Positions 58,831 through 64,000 of a DNA stretch of 64,000 nucleotides are shown in pieces; positions within the stretch are counted from its first letter, which is position 1; each line of letters begins with the position of its first letter. Under the pieces are notes generated by a model. That model was not told where the DNA came from, did no database searches, and saw only the letters and a program-made list of their open reading frames with translations. The position numbers and the translations under genes were made by a program. The stretch comes from Antedon mediterranea (lineage: Eukaryota; Animalia; Echinodermata): the NCBI RefSeq assembly GCF_964355755.1, contig NC_092673.1:7936001-8000000 (forward strand). The letters are read 5' to 3'.

Positions 58831-60749
58831 TAACAATAATAGTTTAAGTAACTCACAGAAGTTAGGCGTAAAAAATCTTTAATTCAAGAATGAAGAGAGA
58901 TATTTTGGAGACAAATTACATTGTTAAATTTAGATTACAAAATAATGGCACATGCTCTTTCAAACAGACTAAAAAATCCATTAAGGTCTATTATTAGTAA
59001 TGATCAAATAGGATATATTAATGGGAGATTTGGAGGAGAAAATATTAAACTGGTTGAAAATGTGTTGTCTTATACGAAAGAAAAGCAAATACCAGGAGCC
59101 ATGATTTTTGTAGACTTTGCTAAGGCTTTCGACTCAATAGATAAAAACATAATGTTAAGTGTGGTGGTGGTTGGTGGTTTATCTTTTGTACATTGGATAA
59201 AAGTAATATACATAGGCTCTAGATGTATGGTTAAAAATAACGGATGGGTTTCAAAAAGTGTAAATATGGAATGTGGAGTATGTCAAGGTTGCCCGTTGTC
59301 TGCACTATTATTTACTCTTGTAGTAGAGATAATGGCAATGAATATAAGTAATTTATTGTGAAAGGGAATTGAATTACCTGAGAATAAGGTTATTGATAAA
59401 ATTGGGAAAATACCACAGCTCGTTGATGACAGTGATTTTAGCTTAGTGAAAATAGCTTAAAATAGTTTGCCATTGAAATTAATGCTTTTTTGTAATATTT
59501 CGAGGTTAAAGCTAAATAAATTCAGAATAAACTAGCAACCCCTCTTGTGTCACTTTGACGAAAAAGCCAGTAACATTTCTTGGAATTTATGCTGGTTATG
59601 AAAAAGGTATTTGTGAAAAAAAAATGGGATGATAAAATTAGGGACTTAGAGAATACTTTGAGGCTATGGGAAAAAACTACACCTTACTTTCTTTGGAAAA
59701 ATCATCATAATTAAAAGTCTAGCAATTTCAAAATTAATATACAATGCTAGTATTATTGATGTACCGAAACATATATTTCCAATGGTAGAAAAGTTACTGT
59801 ATAGATTCTTATGGGGAAATAAAGAGAAAATATTAAGAGGAAACACTTATAAATAGAATAGAAGAGTGAGGGGTTATTATGATTGATTTTTATGTATTTG
59901 TGAACTCATTAAAGGTAAACTGGGTTAAGAGATTACTAAGCCCAGACCCAGGAAAGTGGACATGTATTCCAAAATATGACATGTACCCTATAGAAAGTAC
60001 ATTAGAGATGAGTAAGTTTAATTTTGAAGAGCATAAACAATTACAAATTATGCCTGAATTTTATTTAAATAATTAGGATTAATGTGATTGTGAAAATAAA
60101 TAATATTGAACTTTTAGATCCTCAAAATGTACAGGAAATTAAATCTCCGTGTGGGAAAATAAACGTATACTGGCAGACGGAAAATCTTTATACTTCAAAG
60201 ATTGGTTAAAGTCGGGACAATTCGTGACATTTTGGTCAATAACATAATTTTAAGTCTTAGAGGTTTGATTCCCACGTTATTAGTAAAGCATAATGGGATA
60301 ATAGAATACTTCAAGCTAATGATATTTCTATTGAATGGAAGGAAGTATTGGCACAACCTAGAAAAATAACAAGTTAATGTTGAAATTAAAAATGCATTAT
60401 TTCAATCAAATGTTAAAACATGTTTTTATGAAGTTTATAAATAAATTAACGACAGTGCCAATCTCCCAAGTAAAATGGGAAATAGAGTTTTTAAATAAGA
60501 CTATGGTATGGGATAAAATATGGAATAATAAAGTAAAAGATATAAAGCATAATATGGTAAAAGTTGCGCAATTCAATTTTACATTTAACGTTTACATCGC
60601 ATACTTGTTTGTAATAGACTACACATTTGGAACTGGTCTAAAACTAATGTTGGTGACAGATGCAATAATGTGATAGAAAACAGGAGAAGAACACATGTTA
60701 CTTGTTAAAGTGATTAAGCCAGCAGTTTGGAGAAAGTTCAATGCTCTTA

Positions 60750-60871
60750 TTAATCGCGTGTAGTCGCATACAACACGATTCTACAGCTCACTATGTCGGT
60801 CGGTCGGTCGGTCGGTTGGGCAATAAACACTAGCTTGAGCACGCGACTGCAGCGATGCATATGGCCTTGTT
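60750..60871 (+). mobile_element. Minimal HINE-like element (same termini as the 63246 element)
   Basis: tagtcgcat..cacgattctacagctcactatgtcggtcggtcgg...agcacgcgact...ggccttgtt. Confidence 0.7.
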
Positions 60872-61107
60872 GTTGAATGCTTTCAAAGTGCTGAAGAACA
60901 ATCTCGTACACACACTGGTAATGGTTGAATTATTTTGGTTAAAAAAAAATTATAATACCTTTTGTCAAGTATGCTTTTAGTATTATTTATCCGATGGTTG
61001 TACTTGAAATTTAGTTGAATAAAGCTGACAACCGGACACGTACATGTAAAGATAAGACAACCTGTAACCTGTAATACATATCTCGGTAAGTCGACACTCT
61101 TGCACTT

Positions 61108-61242
61108 TCCTTGTGCTTTTATATCTTATACTTTTATATCTTATACTATTATATCTTATACTTTTATACCTTGTACTATTATATCTTGTACTTTTTAATC
61201 TTGTACTTTTATATCTTGTACTTTTATATCTTATACTTTTTC
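61108..61242. repeat. 15-bp tandem repeat (ttttatatcttrtac)n, about 8-9 units
   Basis: Directly visible; explains the repetitive YKSTR/YKSIR ORF. Confidence 0.9.
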
Positions 61243-62417
61243 TTGTGAAATATATTTCACAATACTTGTACAAGATGGATACATCACAGTGACGCTCTCT
61301 TTTTGATTTTTTAGGATCATTTTTTTAAAATGTGGGATTCCCATGTTAATTACATTATTAAAATAAAAAAAGTAAAAAATCATAAACTCCATTATTTACG
61401 TACCCTTACGTCATGGCGTCTTTTTACTATCTACCTTGGGTTGGGTACAATTAGTGATCGACGTCGTGGGCTCTGTTTTTCATTTGACAAGCCTTTGTGC
61501 CAACTCTTCTTTTCTAAAAACCCTTCCCCTTATCACACCTGGCATAGACACTACCTCTTCTTGAATCGCATTGTGCATCTAAACGCCACCTGTTCCGTAG
61601 ATGGTTTTGATTGATAAACAAACAATGCTTATACATTTAAATTAAAGTTTGATTTTTAAGTATGTTTTTTTTGTACAATAATATATATATTTTGCTATAA
61701 ATGAACGTTTTGTATATTCATATATCTAATTTTATGAATGAATTTTATAATAACTTTTGAACTGTTTAAACTTTTGATATTTTTTCACTCAATTTTTGAT
61801 TCAAATTAAATCTCGATTCAGCATTTTTGCTGCTATGTTTTAATATTATTGAATTTGAATAAATACTAATAAATAAATATAACGTCAATATTTATATGGG
61901 GTTCTGAATAATTTTGTAATAATGTATTGTACTAAACTTATTGAATAAAATCATGGTCAGAAATCAGATTTTGAAAAAAAAATGTTTGTACATTTATTGG
62001 TTCCATTGATTTTTACTATCTTCCTAAACATTGATTAGACGATCTCCGATTGAGAAAATATCTACCAACATTATGATTAGATCTATGCCTACTACGTGAA
62101 AAAGTGAAGATTTTAAAAGGAATGAAATTAGAAAGAAGTTTATTATCGGTTGAAATGAGTTTTACACATTTACTTTATCTCAGTTTATACAAACAACTAT
62201 TAACTACTTTTATTAATTTAGAGATTACAGATTTTTGAATTTTAAACCTATAATTTAAGAAATAACAAAAAAAAAACGTATTCGATTGTGAAACCAACCA
62301 ATATGTGGGTGGAGTTAACAAAGGAACACAATTCTTATAAAATCGTATTAAGCGTAGGCATTGGGTTTTCTGTAAGGTACAAGCTTACAGAGACAATTAA
62401 ATATCTTCGTATTAATC

Positions 62418-62611
62418 AAACTAAAAGGTAATTGATAACTTGAACTGAAATGAAAAAATAACTTGAGGCTTCTAATTGATTTGATCACCGATGCTTAAAA
62501 TGTTTTAAAATTTTCGTATAACCAAACTAAAGGTAATTGATAACTTAAACTGAAATGAAAAAAAAAATTGAGGCTTCTAATTGATTTGATCACCGATGCT
62601 TAAAATGTTTT
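62418..62611. repeat. About 106-bp tandem duplication
   Basis: aaacta(a)aaggtaattgataactt...gatcaccgatgcttaaaatgtttt occurs twice. Confidence 0.88.
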
Positions 62612-62619
62612 CAAATTAA

Positions 62620-63245
62620 ATCTATTACATTTGAATGTTCCAGTTGATTCATTACCTTTGTTTTGTAATTTAGATTTAACTAAAGTGTCTTTAATGCTTT
62701 GATCACGTCTGTAAACTATCATGGGAGGTTCTTAAAAAATATCTTTTGTAGCGGATTTATCTTCAGTCAAAATTTAAAAGTTATCGCGGACAATGTTAAT
62801 AACCTTCTTATTCATAGGATGACACGTGAGGACACAAGCATTTGTATGTGTAGGTTGCAATGTGTCCTCGTGCGTTAACTGGCAAACTTTTCAAAAACCA
62901 CCCATGATAGCTTACAGACGTGATCAAAGCATTAAAGACACTTTAGTTAAATCTAAATTACAAAACAAAGGTAATGAATCAACTGGAACATTCAAATGTA
63001 ATAGAAATAGATGTTCGACATGTAATTACGTTTCATGTTCAAACCAAATAGTAGGACCTTCTGGTAATTATGTTATCACAGATCGTATTACGTGCACCAC
63101 TAGAAATCTAGTTTATTGCATTTCGTGTACTAAATGTAATATGCTTTATATTGGTGAAACTAAACGCAGGTTAGGTGATAGGTTTGTAGAACATTTAAGG
63201 TCTATTAAACTAAAGACTCCCGGATTACCTGTAGCCACCCATTTT
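62620..63245 (+). mobile_element. Penelope-like retroelement fragment (linker plus GIY-YIG endonuclease) with an inverted upstream arm
   Basis: PPMIAYRRDQSIKDTLVKSKL..CNRNRCSTC..ITCTTRNLVYCISCTKCNMLYIGETKRRLGDRFVEHLRSI..PVATHF is the PLE GIY-YIG pattern; 62620-62735 is the reverse complement of 62893-63004. Confidence 0.9.
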
Positions 63246-64000
63246 TAGTCGCGTGGAAGCGACTCTATAGTTCACTATGTCGGTCGGTCGGTCTGTCTGT
63301 CTGTCTGTCGGTCTGTCGGTCTGTCTGTCGGTCTGTCTGTCTGTCGGTCCGGTATCACTATGCGTTTTATCGCTTTATGACCTTATCTTGATATCAGTTT
63401 AATCTAGCTAAATCAATTTTTCACAGAATATTCCTTATGGCCAGGAATCGATGTGGTTATGATTTCACGGTGCGCAATAAAAAATTACGCGGTCTACGCA
63501 CGATTTAATGAAATCACGTTTGTAATATCTTAACAGCCATGAATCACAATTAAATAAAATTTGGTACTCATAAATTTCAGGGCATAAATCATCATATGGC
63601 AATACAATTACGTGCGTAGCGCATGTAACGCATGCGTACGCGCGCCTAAAATTTTCAAAATTTATTTTCGATGAAATAAGAGTACGTTTCAGACAATTTT
63701 AAGTGTTTACAAAATTGCCATGAGTGCGCAAATTTTTGCGCGCGCACTGCGCGTTAAATGTTATTGCGCACTCTTTTTGCCCGATTTCTGTTTTCTTTAC
63801 TTACTTTTCAACTCGAAATTACGTTATACGAGCACATCAAAAGTGACAGGCTACGCACGTGTAAATTAAAAAAATATAAATGTTTTTAAAGATTTCAACA
63901 TTTTTAAACATGTTCAGTAATTTCGGTCAGTATAGTTCACTATGTCGGTCAGTCCGTCTGTCTGTCGGTCCGGTATCACTATGCATTGTAGCACGCGACT
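63246..64000 (+). mobile_element. Helentron-associated (HINE-like) element inserted in the Penelope ORF; runs off the window
   Basis: Inserted in a T run; 5' subTIR agtcgcgtg with local inverted gcgact, (gtcg/gtct)n microsatellite, 3' subTIR cacgcgact at 63992-64000; core shared with the 43211 element. Confidence 0.8.

Larger units (their letters stand above)
55500..60720 (+). mobile_element. Decayed L1-clade (Tx1-like) LINE ORF2, interrupted by a Helitron
   Basis: Fragmented translation GPGIWKINCS, WELLKIKIKEFS, NKYFLAL, NKSPGFDGLSVEFYRHLW, ITLLNLDYKIMAHALSNRL, FVDFAKAFDSI, GVCQGCPLSALLFTL, QLVDD, LTFFGKIIIIKSLAISKL; many stops and frameshifts. Confidence 0.9.

Noticed and set aside
60983-61273. 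ORF with YKSTR/YKSIR pentapeptide repeats resembling an adhesive protein
   Set aside because: It is the translation of a stop-free 15-bp tandem repeat; no splice or signal-peptide support.

Overview
AT-rich, intron-rich animal genomic DNA (invertebrate; Deu/Nin-type SINEs and the repeat landscape suggest a deuterostome such as an echinoderm, which is inference). Two spliced genes are transcribed divergently. (1) On the minus strand, a MetX-family alpha/beta-hydrolase acyltransferase with serine O-succinyltransferase (Cys2-type) signatures and a mitochondrial-like presequence: 8 coding exons at 9776->3774, with the last exon left of the window. (2) On the plus strand, a complete CDK5RAP2/myomegalin/centrosomin-family gene: about 38 coding exons at 17798-52159, about 2,570 aa, with CM1 and CM2 motifs. 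The rest is nested mobile DNA: a decayed Gypsy LTR element split by a Harbinger derivative, a decayed L1/Tx1-type LINE split by a Helitron, a Penelope fragment with an inverted arm, Helentron-associated elements, MITEs, SINEs and minisatellites. I see no clear new multi-gene system. The best leads are a possible alternative-acceptor switch adding a PxIxIT-like tail to the centrosomin protein, the animal Cys2-like enzyme, terminus swapping between Helentron-like elements, and an inside-out Kolobok-like foldback. All exon models were read by eye from GT-AG sites and phase continuity; no database search was run.
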